A stretch of DNA of 64,000 bases from Epiperipatus broadwayi. Lineage: Eukaryota; Animalia; Onychophora. A program made the translations under genes and the position numbers. Below the pieces are notes generated by a model that saw nothing but the letters and a program-made list of their open reading frames with translations, had not been told where the DNA came from and did not search any database. The stretch is taken from the NCBI GenBank assembly GCA_028023455.1, contig JAQFVV010000008.1:17360001-17424000 (forward strand), written 5' to 3'. Of this stretch, positions 50,258-61,990 are shown piece after piece. Position 1 is the stretch's first letter, and the number at the start of each line of letters is the position of its first letter.

Positions 50258-52344
50258 TATAACGATCGAAAAGAAAGTGAAGATCGAATTTAACCGCAAC
50301 TACGATATCTGCAACTACCAGGGCGCCATCTAGGCATTTGAGCCTGGAAAAATTTATAAAGTAGGCAGATACGCGCTGTTAAGATTCCACTTTATTTAAA
50401 TATTCATATCGTTAGCCCAAGTCACTAGCTTAGGGAGTAGCAGAGATGATAAAATATAACTTTAATTTATATCTTAAATACAAATAAATAAAAACCACTG
50501 CCAGAAATTAACACATAAAAATATTTATTTACGCACATATAAAATCATTCTAAATTTGAGGAATAAGTTTAACATTTTAGATTTTTATATTAATCTTTAA
50601 TTTTACATTTAAATAAATTTCAATGAGTTTAATATTTTATTTAGATGGTCGAGTATGAATAGACTACATAGATCTGCATTTGAAAAGAAAATATTCTATC
50701 CCTTATTTAACCTTAGGCCAAAAAGTTCGCAGTCAAACTGGCGTCAATCCATCTGATACATTTATGTATTCAATGTAGCATGAAAATACGACAACACAAA
50801 ATACTATACTGTCAGGAATGTACGTCTGAACAGTAAGTAGAGTTAGAGAAGACATTGTCTCTCCACCAACAGGAATGCTGCATCTGTTGGCGAGTAGAAC
50901 AATAAACATAAAACTCCATAGGAATGGATTGCGGTCCTTTGCCGTCTTACAAACCCATCCATAGGCAAACAGAAGGTGTGTGGTGTATATGTGCAATCCT
51001 GCCCGTAGCGGATCTCATACTACATCTACTAATTACACAAATATATCCAATCCATTGAGCCAATTCAACTACGAAACGAATAACCCAAGATTACCCTCCC
51101 TTAAACTATATATAACTTTACAAATCTATACAGCCATTCACGCCCGACTTAAATTTAACATTTATTATGTTCGCACAGATGAATATTATAAAATTTGTTT
51201 TAAAATGTTGAGTATAGATCGGCTGCACAGATTCCACAGTTAAAAACATTCCAAAATAAACATAACCGATCAAAATACAAAGTCATCGCTAATGTCAATT
51301 GCATAGGGAATACAAAAAAAAAACCAATGGTGTTCATCATAAAACACCGCAGTGACATGATGACTTATATATTCCAGTCGACTATGAAACAGCAACATAA
51401 TTAACCGCTAACGAATCTATGCAACGTCTATACCCAACTTTAAATTTCATGCATTTAAATAATTTATACGATAAGTATTAATACAATAAATAATTTATAC
51501 AATAAGAAAAAAAATGGAAATGATGTTTATCAACGCAAAACATATAAATTTAAACATTTTCAATTGATTTTAAACTTAAAAGTCAGATATAAGTTCATAA
51601 GCTTGAACGAAAGTTCTTACTTATTTTTAAATTTTAGAGTTCATGTCAATAGCTTACAGTAGAAGAATCACTGCTCTTGATAAATATTTCCACGGAGTCT
51701 TTATTTGAAAACCCGGTCAGATGTTCCGGAGGTAGCATTAGCTGGTTCATTTTGGTATCACAGTCAGTTCATTTTTAAAATAGAGAGAGAGTGTGATATG
51801 TGCATCCTATCACGACCCTCAAAAAAAACAAGCTGGAAAAACTGACTGGAACTCAATTGTTTTTCTTTTTATAGTCCTCTTATGCATTCCATGAACAAAA
51901 ACGTCACTGTTCCATTTTTTTCGTTATGGTCCGGGCCTTTATTTGCTTCCATTGGTCAAGCTAAAATCTTTCTTCTCTTTTCTATTTTTCATCTGACTTT
52001 TTAATTACACAGCTTTTGGATAATTAATAAACAATCATTTCCATTTACAGATTACAGGAATTAATTAATACCTGTTTTTATTTTTACTTACGTTATTTCT
52101 TTTTTTAAACTATTTTTATATTTAAATCTTTTTTTTATATAAAAAAAAGTACGTTCAAATACCTTTTTTTATTTATAAAAAAAAAAATATTTTTAAAGTT
52201 TAGTATCTGTGCGAATATATACGTTTAACGAACATTTTAATTTTAGCGTTTAGTTTTTTTTTTTTTAAAATACATTTATTTTTATTTGCGAACTTTAAGA
52301 TTTTATTTTAATTTAATGTAACGACATATTTATATGTCGTTACA
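50258..52344. repeat. Unclassified 2.1-kb CpG-retaining element
   Basis: CpG-rich relative to flanks; starts TATAACGA and ends TCGTTACA; terminal 13-bp hairpin at 52317-52344; no clear TSD or coding homology recognised. Confidence 0.3.
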
Positions 52345-53345
52345 GTATGTAATACTCAAATATTTTATGCTAATATTTCACACAATTAGTTATAACATGC
52401 AAATAATTGTCAAATAAAATATTATATTTATATTTATTTATTTGCTTAGTACTTTCAAAGGGCAAAACCCAACCCTTCCATCATAAAATGCTTATTAAAC
52501 CGATAAACATAAGAGACCACATCCACCATCTATCAAATACACCCAACAGATTGTGTAGCTTCAAAGCTGATAAAAATCGAACATTGAAAGATTTAGAGCT
52601 GAATTACTAAAAGCAAAATGTAATAAAAATCAATTGACAATATCATCAAAAATTTTAAACGTCAACCCAACACAGCTAACATACAGAACCGAACCAGAAT
52701 TTTGCTGCCATATGTAAGAAATATACATACGAATTTACATACAATTTTTTACAATGATTTTAGTTTAAGCTATCGAACCCCATCCAACTTCAACAGACTC
52801 ATTAACAATACCAAGGATCAACTCCCCCCAACATATACGCAGCAGGCTGGGTATAATATAGCTTGCTCTGAAAATAATTGCCATGCATCATATTACAGGG
52901 AGACGAGGGCTTGGGTTTATACAAGACTATCACAACATAAGTATGCATATAACAGGCGCTGGAAGACCCCTCCCACCCATCCATTTTTACACAGCACAGA
53001 TCTACAACAGGACACCCTTGCATTCCAGATAATCCTTGGGTGTTGTGCAGAGAGTGACATGAGTTAAGAAGGAAAATTAAGGAAGCTCATTTTATTGTTT
53101 CGGACATTAATTCCATGAATAAAAGAGACACGTTCTATGCCATTTCCAAGAAATGGCAAACTTGATTTGCATAATTTTGCATTTCTCAGGCTGAACATTC
53201 TGCACCAATGTCTTTCATAGCTTTGAAAATGAAGGCTTCACCCTTCGAAAGTACTAAGCAAATAAATAAATATAATATTTTGAGAATTATTGGCATGTTA
53301 TAACTAATTGTTTGAAATATTAGCGTAAAATATTTGAGTATTACA
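52345..53345 (+). mobile_element. Penelope-like element 3' fragment with inverted 5' pLTR piece
   Basis: ORF 52702-53067 AGYNIACSENNCHASYYRETR..YTRLSQHKY is a degenerate GIY-YIG; 52345-52465 is the reverse complement of 53235-53345. Confidence 0.8.
53220..53259 (+). ncRNA. PLE-associated minimal HHR, U3:A8 variant
   Basis: GCT TTGAAAA t GAAGG cttcac CCTTC GAAA GTAC TA AGC; AGTACT palindrome at stem III. Confidence 0.55.
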
Positions 53346-54176
53346 TATCATATGACTTTATATGTATTATTTCATATGGAATTATTTATTTCAAAAACAA
53401 CAGAAAAAAGTCTAAAGAAAATTGTTTTCTTTAATTATAAGATTGAACACCATCTCAGTTTTATTGCAAAATGTATTATTAAAGCACTAGCAGAAAAACA
53501 GATTTTGAAAAGTGTTAAAGCAGCCATGAATAAATGTCCAGAATAAGATGACATATTATTAAAAGTAAGAACTTTAATATATGTTATTGAAGTTCATAAG
53601 ATAGTTTAAATATTTAATTAGAGCTGTCAATTACAACTAGTAATGATTTCCTAGAAATAAATTGTGTATTATTTTAACTGATCTTACATTCAAAGTTCTA
53701 AATAAATATTAAGATAAAATCTATTCTATGTAAATCCATATGAGAATCTAAAATCAAGACAAATTCTTTCAAATCTTTAAAATCTGTTACTATACTCTAT
53801 TTAAATTCATATATGAGAATCTTAAGACAAATTCATTTCAGATCTTTAAAAAGTCTGTTTATTATACCGTATTTAAATTCATATATGATTTCAATTCATA
53901 TTGAACATCATAAGCAAATCTTATAGTAGATTTTCACTTAAAAGTTGTACATAAACTTTTAGTGGCTCTCTTTAAAAATATAAATATTTAAAAGAAGTTC
54001 TTTATTGAAAAAAATTTGAAAGTGAATTCATTTCAATACAAATTCACATTAAATCTTTGTCATTATCCTTATTGCATTCTTATCAATTGTGTCTTCTCTC
54101 AACACTAGCAGCTAACTTATATGCACTAGATGGCTTAATAATCATGTAGTAATTCAACTTTTTTTAGGCTAATATC

Positions 54177-57100
54177 CAGTGATGATATCCCAAATTTCCA
54201 AAAACTGGTTCTCTAAAAGTAGGTTGCATTTAAGAACCTATTCTGTTTATTTTTTTTTTCCTAAGCATGGAAGCAAATCACTTCTTGGTTTCATACCTAA
54301 ATTTTTTTGGCGACTTCTCAGAAATTTTACATGATCCCCCTCCCCTTACAAAAAAAAGTGCTGCAGTGCACATGCACACTATGATGTACTTTGCAATCTC
54401 ACTTATGGAATTAAAAAAGAATTAAACCCTTTTTATAATTGGAAAAAAAAAACTTATTTATTTGGCAAGATATTGACATTCTAGTCACATCATATGTCTC
54501 TTCAGGTTGATGATGCTTTTTGACTATAGTATCATCAGCTGTATTGTGATTTCTTAGCCAAACTTGAACTGAGTCACTGCAATCTCAGTGATCTAATGGA
54601 AGACCTATCCAATTTATTACTAAAAGAATTTGCAACATTTTTCACTTCAAGGTGATTTCTTTTATCTGAATAAATTGTGTTCACCACAGAAAACCTTCAT
54701 TCAGCCTTGGTTTTAATTGTATTTTTAGCTCTTTGGATAGTTTAATGTACAACATGTTTCTGGTGATTTCTCAAATCATTTTCAACATAATCACGGAAAT
54801 CATTAACTGAAATCTAATGGTGAAATGCTTTGTAAAAATCTGATAATTTCTCTTCAAATTCTTTCCAGAGAACTACAGCTTCTTCCAGATTCCAAGCATC
54901 TGGGTTCACAATTTTAACAAATTGATGAATATTATTACTTATGCTATTATAATCCATTAATCTTAATTCCATATTTGTTATCACTACATTCAGTAATTTT
55001 TGATGGGGAAGACTCACTCATTTGTTGTCTTCAACAAAATTAATATGCAGGAATTCCTTAGAAGAGATAGTTTCATTTATTATTTTTTCATAACTATCAC
55101 TCTTTTCTCTGAGATATTCAAATGCTTTAATTGTTTTCTTAATCAATTGTTCAGCATGCAATATATTTACACTTCTTCCTTGAATAGCATCTGCCAACTA
55201 AGGAATTTCTTCTAGAATATTGATTCTTAAAGCTAGATCTCGTAAAATATTTGTTGGCAAGATGTTTAGCCATTCCAGAAAAATTTTTATTAGTAGAAAA
55301 AAAATCATATAGTGTTGCATAGGCTCATCATGTTGCAACTGCTGTTCTATGATGGCATGCTGCCCATCTTGGGTCAAAAACTCTACAATTTTTAAAATTT
55401 CCAATTCCCGAATTGGTTGAAATTTTATTCAATACCATTTGGTTTTTATTAGACTTGTGGAAGATTTTACATATTTCATTAATAAATGCTGTAAAGTGAT
55501 TCATTTGCTTTATGTCTTTGATAAAATCCTCCAGCACAAGCTGAAGGTGATGACTCAAACAATGCCAAATAATAATCTCAGGATAGTGGTTTTTTATTTT
55601 AACATTCACTTCTGACCATCTTCCCAGGATCACAATTACTTCATCTGAACAAAATCCAATCAAATTATTCTTCAAATATGGATTATCAAATCCTACTGAT
55701 TGCAAACTTTGTAGTAGAGCAATGTAAATGGTTTCAGTATCTTTGTTTTGTAATTCCACTAAATCTACAAAAATTGTTGATGAGAAATCTGCATCTTTAA
55801 CCTTAATAAAAATGATAAGGAATGGTTTGCGTGATATTGTTGATGCCTCACTAATTATAAACATATCTTTAAATTCTGATCTATTATTTTTCTAAACACT
55901 TTCTTTTTAATGTATTTTTCAATGTGTTCGACAATTTTGACAGCCAGGAATTGAGAATGAAGTCTTACTCCCACATCTAATCCATTCTTTTATTTTATAA
56001 TTATATCAAATGTTCAATATCAGAAAACAGTCAGTTTCGTTTTGCTAAAGTGCAAACTGTACTGAAAATTTTACAGATGGAGCTCACAAACTTTTCATGA
56101 ACTTTGTCTATGAATTTGAAAATTGCAATTTTTGCACTTTTTTTCAATTGCATCACACATATCTGATGTGCTTTTGATGGAAAGTGATCCTTTATTTTTT
56201 TTTTGAAGAGAGGCTTGTTGAACCATTTTATTTTTTCCACTTGGAACAATATTACTTCTCCATTCTTTTGACATATGAGCTGCCTTCACTTTTATTGATT
56301 CGATTTTGATATAGTTATCACACTTAAGTTTTTTTCCAATAATAAGTAAACCACAATATTTTTCTTTGAATTCATTGGCTTATTTCATATTCCAGCAGCC
56401 AGGAAGGTCACTGTCTACATTTATTTTATATGCATCTTTTGTACTTTTGGAACTGGACAGCTTATTTGTGTTGTCAACATTATTTTCTGTTGCATCAGAA
56501 GAAACAGAAAACAAAACTTGATTCATAATATCATCCTTTACTATCGTTTTTGATTCTATATCAGTTTTTGGGTCTTTTATGAAGGAATCTGATATTGTTT
56601 GGCATTTTTGTTTCATTTCTTGTGAAGAGTTTATTTTTATTATATTCTCCTATTACATTCACCTTAGAAAAAAAAAACATCTAATTAATTGATTTTTAAT
56701 ACAAATGAGTTGTAACAAATCATAAAACTGAAATAAAATATTAAAATTAAAAAAAAGAAAAAAAATATTTGAATACGAGTCATGCCACTTGATGAACCAA
56801 AATTTTTGTTATATATATCATCTTTCCAAGTTATTCTAGAAAAAATATGATGAACTCATTGTTAAAAAAAAGTCACATTGTTACATCAGATATAGCAAAC
56901 TAAATGAAAATCCATTAAATTTACTAATCAAATAAAAACAAATCTTGCATGATAAATATATAAGTGAAGAAATAAAGTATTTAAATAAAAAATAAAAGTT
57001 AAATAAATATTTAAAACAATGTCAGCATAACAAAATCATTTGAACAATGTTTTTATGTTATTGTTTGTTTTCGCAATGATAGGTCCTTTTAAATGAAGTT

Positions 57101-57712
57101 ATTTTATCTTTAAAGTAAAATAATTTCAGCAAGAGTAAATTTCATTAAAAAAATTATGGTAATACATAAATACATTTGTGCCAAATTTTTTTCTAATTTT
57201 TAATTTTAATAACGCCTCTGTTAAATGTAAGTAAACTAATAGTTAATTAATTTCTTACTTATTTTGTGTAAAAATTAAATATGGGTTCCTTTATCACTAA
57301 TAAAATAACACTTTTTATTTGTATACTTTTAAAGAAACTAATTTGAAATGCATTATATAATGAATTTAATTACTTAAAACAAAACTGTTGTGAATTATTT
57401 CTTGCAGAATAATTCTTAATCACTCAAATTTCATCGTGAATATCACATGTTCCAAGTGCAATATCGTATAGTCGAATTATTCTGGGGAAAGCATTTTGAT
57501 CCCAATCTGTTCATTTACATTAGATATAACAAAAAAAAATACAAATACAAATAATGTTCTAGATTATTGTTGGAAATAATTAAGTAATTTGTTAATTCAA
57601 CCCTTTTTTAGGATAATAATAAAATTTATTTTCGTATAATTTAACTACTGGTTCACTAATTTTTTTTAATTTTAAGAACCGGTTCACACGAACTGGTTGG
57701 ATATCATCACTG
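54177..57712 (-). mobile_element. hAT DNA transposon (KIAA1586/ZNF862-like transposase), full length but pseudogenised
   Basis: TIR CAGTGATGATATCC at both ends; 8-bp TSD CTAATATC at 54169-54176 and 57713-57720; fragments SEASTIS (DESTD-like), FCSDEVIVILG (SDGASVMLG-like), WHCLSHHLQL. Confidence 0.92.
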
Positions 57713-59115
57713 CTAATATCTATATGTAAGACTAAAATGGAAAAAGTCCATAAAAGCTCATGTTTAACTAATGTAAGTTATGTATATTTAGCTATAGATC
57801 TTGTATACTTAATAATAATCTATGTTCACTTATTCTCATCAAATGAGTGAATTTTTGTCTTACATGTATGATAGCTGTAAGGCAACTTAATATCTGTATA
57901 TATGTATTTACCTGTAAATAAAATATTTTTTTAATTAACCACTCATTTCCTTATTGATCCGAATACAAGCAACTAACAATTAAATTTAATTTATTTGTTC
58001 TCATAAAATGGATAGTTTTCATCACAAAAAATCATGTAAAGACTTTTATTTATTTGTGAAAAAATAATAACAAATATCCACACTTTTTAAGGACCTATTC
58101 ACTTGAAAATCAATTATAAATAATCATAAATGCAGATTCAGTATATTTCAAACATTTATTGACAAAAAAAAAAAATGGAGAAAAAATTCTGGACTTATTA
58201 ATGATATTTAAAAATTTATGTGTAAATATAGATTATTTTAAAACACATTACACATATATTTGAGGCATTTCCAAGATAATATTGAAATAGAAATGATTTA
58301 TATTTGAAATTATAAATTAAAACAAATGTTATTCAAGAAATTTTATGTTGTTTTGAATGTGAAATCTTATCATACTCTGCATATTCGGATGTGATTGTTA
58401 TGCAATCAAAACTGAGAAATAAAATAACCAATGAGCATTTGGTCTAATGCTTGTGGTTGTCATTATCTTCATATTCAAAATTTGAAAACATTGTTAGATC
58501 TAAGCATTATTAAATTTCAATTTAATGTTAAAAATGCAAATATTTGCTTTTGTATATATTTGTAATTATTTTGCAATAAAATATTTTGCTTTAATGATAT
58601 AAAAGATCTCTTTAAAGTTTATAATATAATTAATATTGAGATGCTAAAATAAATTGTGTTAAAAGCTTGATAATCAATGGCAAAGTATGATTAATGCTGA
58701 TAAAGTTTATTGCTCAATCCTAGCAATTATTTTTTCATTATCTCTACCAGATGTTGATCAGAAAATATACATACATTGATTTTGGGGTCTTTTTTAAAAA
58801 TTAAAATGCATTTCTGTAGAAAGTAAATAGCTGAGGGTTCATATTAAAAAAAATAGCTCATACATCTGTAAAGATTAAAATCCACTGCTTTAGCAGATAA
58901 CTATTGTAATACCATTCAGAAGTACTTTATCATTAAAGATTAGTTTATATATTTTATCCATAATTATATTAACAAAAAAAGTCTTAGAACAAAAACTGTT
59001 TGCCTAAATTTTTTCTTATAATAACAGATAAAAATCATCCTTTTTTTTTTTGTAAATCTTATATTTATGTAGATTTGATATATAACATTACAATTATTAT
59101 TATTTACCTTTGTTT

Positions 59116-59226
59116 GTTTTTTTTCATATGTCATAGCATCGGCCGGGACGCGAACCCACAACCGTCTGCAACCAACTACTTGCTTGCAAGGCGGGTGCAA
59201 TGACCTCTCGGCTAACAACGCTTGAC
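59116..59226 (-). mobile_element. tRNA-derived SINE with 11-bp TSD
   Basis: A box TAGCCGAGAGG, B box GGTTCGCGTCC, cloverleaf-like pairing over 59136-59221, A-rich tail; TACCTTTGTTT at 59105 and 59227. Confidence 0.8.
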
Positions 59227-59397
59227 TACCTTTGTTTTTTTGAATCATGTTTAATAGTAATGAATAGAATATTTTAACCATTCTTTATTTTTTAAAACAG
59301 TAGCAAACTCTCCCTACAGTACTGCCACCAATGCAAGCTTGAATAATTAATGGATGGGAGAAGATTTGCATATAAAATCCCTATCTAGTGCCTTCTC

Positions 59398-59455
59398 ATC
59401 CAATATCCCCAGACTAGGTTATATCATGATTTTCATCAGTGAGGAACCTTGGATC
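59398..59455 (-). ncRNA. Mutated type I HHR (family 1)
   Basis: ATCCAA ggt TCCTCA CTGATGA aaatcatgata TAAC CTAG TC TGGGGA ta TTGGAT; GAAA is lost. Confidence 0.55.
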
Positions 59456-59859
59456 TGAGAGCACTGCATCTAGATCTTAGGATCCAATGCAACCCTCCAG
59501 CCACTATCTTTTACCTATTTAGTTAACTATAAAGTTATGACCTCAAGATGAAACACTAATGTTTTCAATCCAAGCTCATTCACTTGTATAGCTATATAGA
59601 TCTGAACCCAGTTCAGTAACTACATTTTGGTGTCTTTGACTTTTTAAAAACCGCAATCATTATAATCCCATGGGGAGGATTGGTATAAAATCAGTAAAAG
59701 ATCACATGATCACCATTTCCTATACTTAAACTGTTAAAACAGTAGCAAACTATACAGCAGTGCCACCCAGTGCAAGCCTTAGTTATTAATGGATATAAGA
59801 AGGTTTGTGCATAAAATCCCTGTCTAGTGCCTATTACATATTTAGTTAACCATAAAGCT

Positions 59860-60041
59860 GTAAGTAATATTTACTGAGGCTATAACCTCGATAATATGCG
59901 TATAAAATGCGATAGTAGGGACCTCTACAGGTGTTTTTAACCACAAGCTTACGCTATGGAAGAAAAACACCTGTAGAGGTCCCTACTATCGCATTTTATA
60001 CGCATATTATCGAGGTTATAGCCTCAGTAAATATTACTTAC
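59860..60041. repeat. Perfect 79-bp inverted repeat insertion
   Basis: Arms 59860-59938 and 59963-60041, 24-nt spacer; AAAGCTGTAAG duplicated at 59854 and 60072. Confidence 0.9.
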
Positions 60042-60387
60042 GTAATGTGCGTTTAATAAATTTATAATTACAAAGCTGTAAGATGAATACAAAATAATCT
60101 TTTCAATCCAAGCTGTTTATGCACAAATCTTCTTGCATTCATGATGATTATGTGCTGTTTTAATGGTTTCATATCAATCCTGCCGATAGGATTATGGTGA
60201 CTGTAGTTTTTAAATATATAGATACTGAACTAGATCTATATGACTATACAAGCTAATGAGCCTGGATAGAAAACATTGGTTTCATCTTGGACTCATAGCT
60301 TTATAGTTAAATAAATAGGTAATCAGTCACTTCTAGAAGGTTGTATCAGATCCTAAGATCTAGGTGCAGTGCTCTCAGATCAAAGGC

Positions 60388-60430
60388 TCCTCACTGATGA
60401 AAGTCGTGAGCTAGAAACTAGTCTGAGGAT
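60388..60430 (+). ncRNA. Type I HHR (family 1), weak stem II
   Basis: TCCTCA CTGATGA aagtcgtgagcta GAAA CTAG TC TGAGGA; stem I fully Watson-Crick. Confidence 0.65.
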
Positions 60431-60907
60431 ATTGGCTAAGTAGTCACTAGATAGGGATTTTATGCACAAACATTCTTGCATTCATTGATTAATATAACTT
60501 GTGTAAGCACAGGAAATGGTGTTCATGTGATGTTTTACTGGTTCTTTACCTTTTCTAGTAAAACTATGTATCTGGCTGTTGTGTTTGGTCGGGAATACAG
60601 ACCAACCTACAGAAAATAATACTAGCACCATTATTATAATTAATATAATATTTATTATATTTACAAATATATATAACATAGAGTAATATTTCTAGTGTGA
60701 AATTTTGGATCTGAGTTTTCACAATCTACCACTTCCAAGTACACCTGATAGCTTGCTTCACAGGTAGGGAGAATGACTTTTGGCTGTACTGGACAGCTTG
60801 CTTTGAGTCGGCAGAACTCTCCATATAGTAGTGCCACCCTGTGCCAAACAGAGTAATCAATGGATGCCAGAAGGCTTGTGCATGTAATCCCTATCTAGGG
60901 CCTAATC

Positions 60908-60960
60908 ATCCAATATCCCCAGACTAGTTTCTGGCTTGTGGTTATCATCAGTGAGGAGCC
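60908..60960 (-). ncRNA. Type I HHR (family 1), disrupted stem II
   Basis: TCCTCA CTGATGA taac cacaa gcca GAAA CTAG TC TGGGGA ta TTGGAT. Confidence 0.6.
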
Positions 60961-61073
60961 TAAGCACTTGTGTTTTCAATTTAATTCTCATAGTTTTGTA
61001 GTAAAGTAGAGTTAAAAGGTAGCTGCTGGAGGGTTGCATTAGATCCTAAGATCTAGGTGCAGTGTGCTCTCAG

Positions 61074-61132
61074 ATCCAAAGCTCCTCACTGATGATGGCC
61101 ACAAGCCAGAAACTAGTCTGGGGATATTGGAT
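61074..61132 (+). ncRNA. Intact type I hammerhead ribozyme
   Basis: ATCCAA agc TCCTCA CTGATGA TGGC cacaa GCCA GAAA CTAG TC TGGGGA ta TTGGAT; predicted cleavage after C61118. Confidence 0.85.
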
Positions 61133-61528
61133 GAATAGGCACTAGATAGGGATTTTATGCACAAGCCTTCTAGCATCCATTGATTACTCTGTTTGGCACA
61201 GGGTGGCACTACTGTATGGAGAGTTTTGCCTTTGTTTACAACAATTATGTGCTAGTATAGAGATGGTGATCATGTGATGTTTAGTGGTTTAACACCAATC
61301 CTGCCTAATAGGTTAGTGGTGGCTATGGTTGTTTAAGAGCCAAAGACACCAAAATGTATGGGTGCTGAATTGAGTTCAGACGCATATGACTATATAAGCT
61401 ATTGAGCTTAGATTGAAAATATTATTGTGTTTTCAATTTAATTCTCATAATTTTCTAGTAAAGTAGAGTTAAAAGGGGGCTACTGGAGGGTTGCATTAGA
61501 TCCTAAGATCTGGGTGCAATGCTCTCAG

Positions 61529-61587
61529 ATCCAAGGCTCCTCACTGATGATGGCCACAAGCCAGAAACTAGTCTGGGGATATTGGAT
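61529..61587 (+). ncRNA. Intact type I hammerhead ribozyme
   Basis: ATCCAA ggc TCCTCA CTGATGA TGGC cacaa GCCA GAAA CTAG TC TGGGGA ta TTGGAT; predicted cleavage after C61573. Confidence 0.85.
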
Positions 61588-61990
61588 GAGTAGGCACTAG
61601 ATAGGGATTTTATGCACAAGCCTTCTGGCATCCATTGATTACTCTGTTTGGCACAGGGTGGCACTACTGTATGGAGATTTTTGCCTTAGAATAAAGACAT
61701 TAGTATCTTTCAGTTTTCTCAGTAGCCCTTCAAAATGTATTTTCATACAGAGGTTTGCAATGTATAAGTCATTCCTAAAATCATTCCTTATAACAAGTAG
61801 TTAATATTGATCAATAATTAGTGTAATTTGAATATTATAATAAAGAAATTCAATACAGTTTATAATTTATTTAAAAGTATTACTAAAATAGTCAGTATAT
61901 AGAAAATAAAATAAAATAAAAAGTGAATGAAATACTAAATTCATTATAGAATTAAGCTTGAGGTATATAAATTTTTTGTTTATATATATA

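Larger units (their letters stand above)
59290..61690. mobile_element. Retrozyme-like array of about 440-457-bp units in both orientations, with five HHR motifs
   Basis: Tandem periods 59298/59740 (minus) and 60970/61427 (plus); inverted copies near 60815-60960; each full unit carries CTGATGA...GAAACTAGTC; no ORF. Confidence 0.88.

Noticed and set aside
53438-53565. Candidate next exon of the host gene (IEHHLSF...KCPE*)
   Set aside because: In-frame stop before the donor and no family resemblance.
59136-59221. Functional tRNA gene
   Set aside because: Mismatched anticodon and T stems, atypical B box, A-tail and TSD indicate a SINE.
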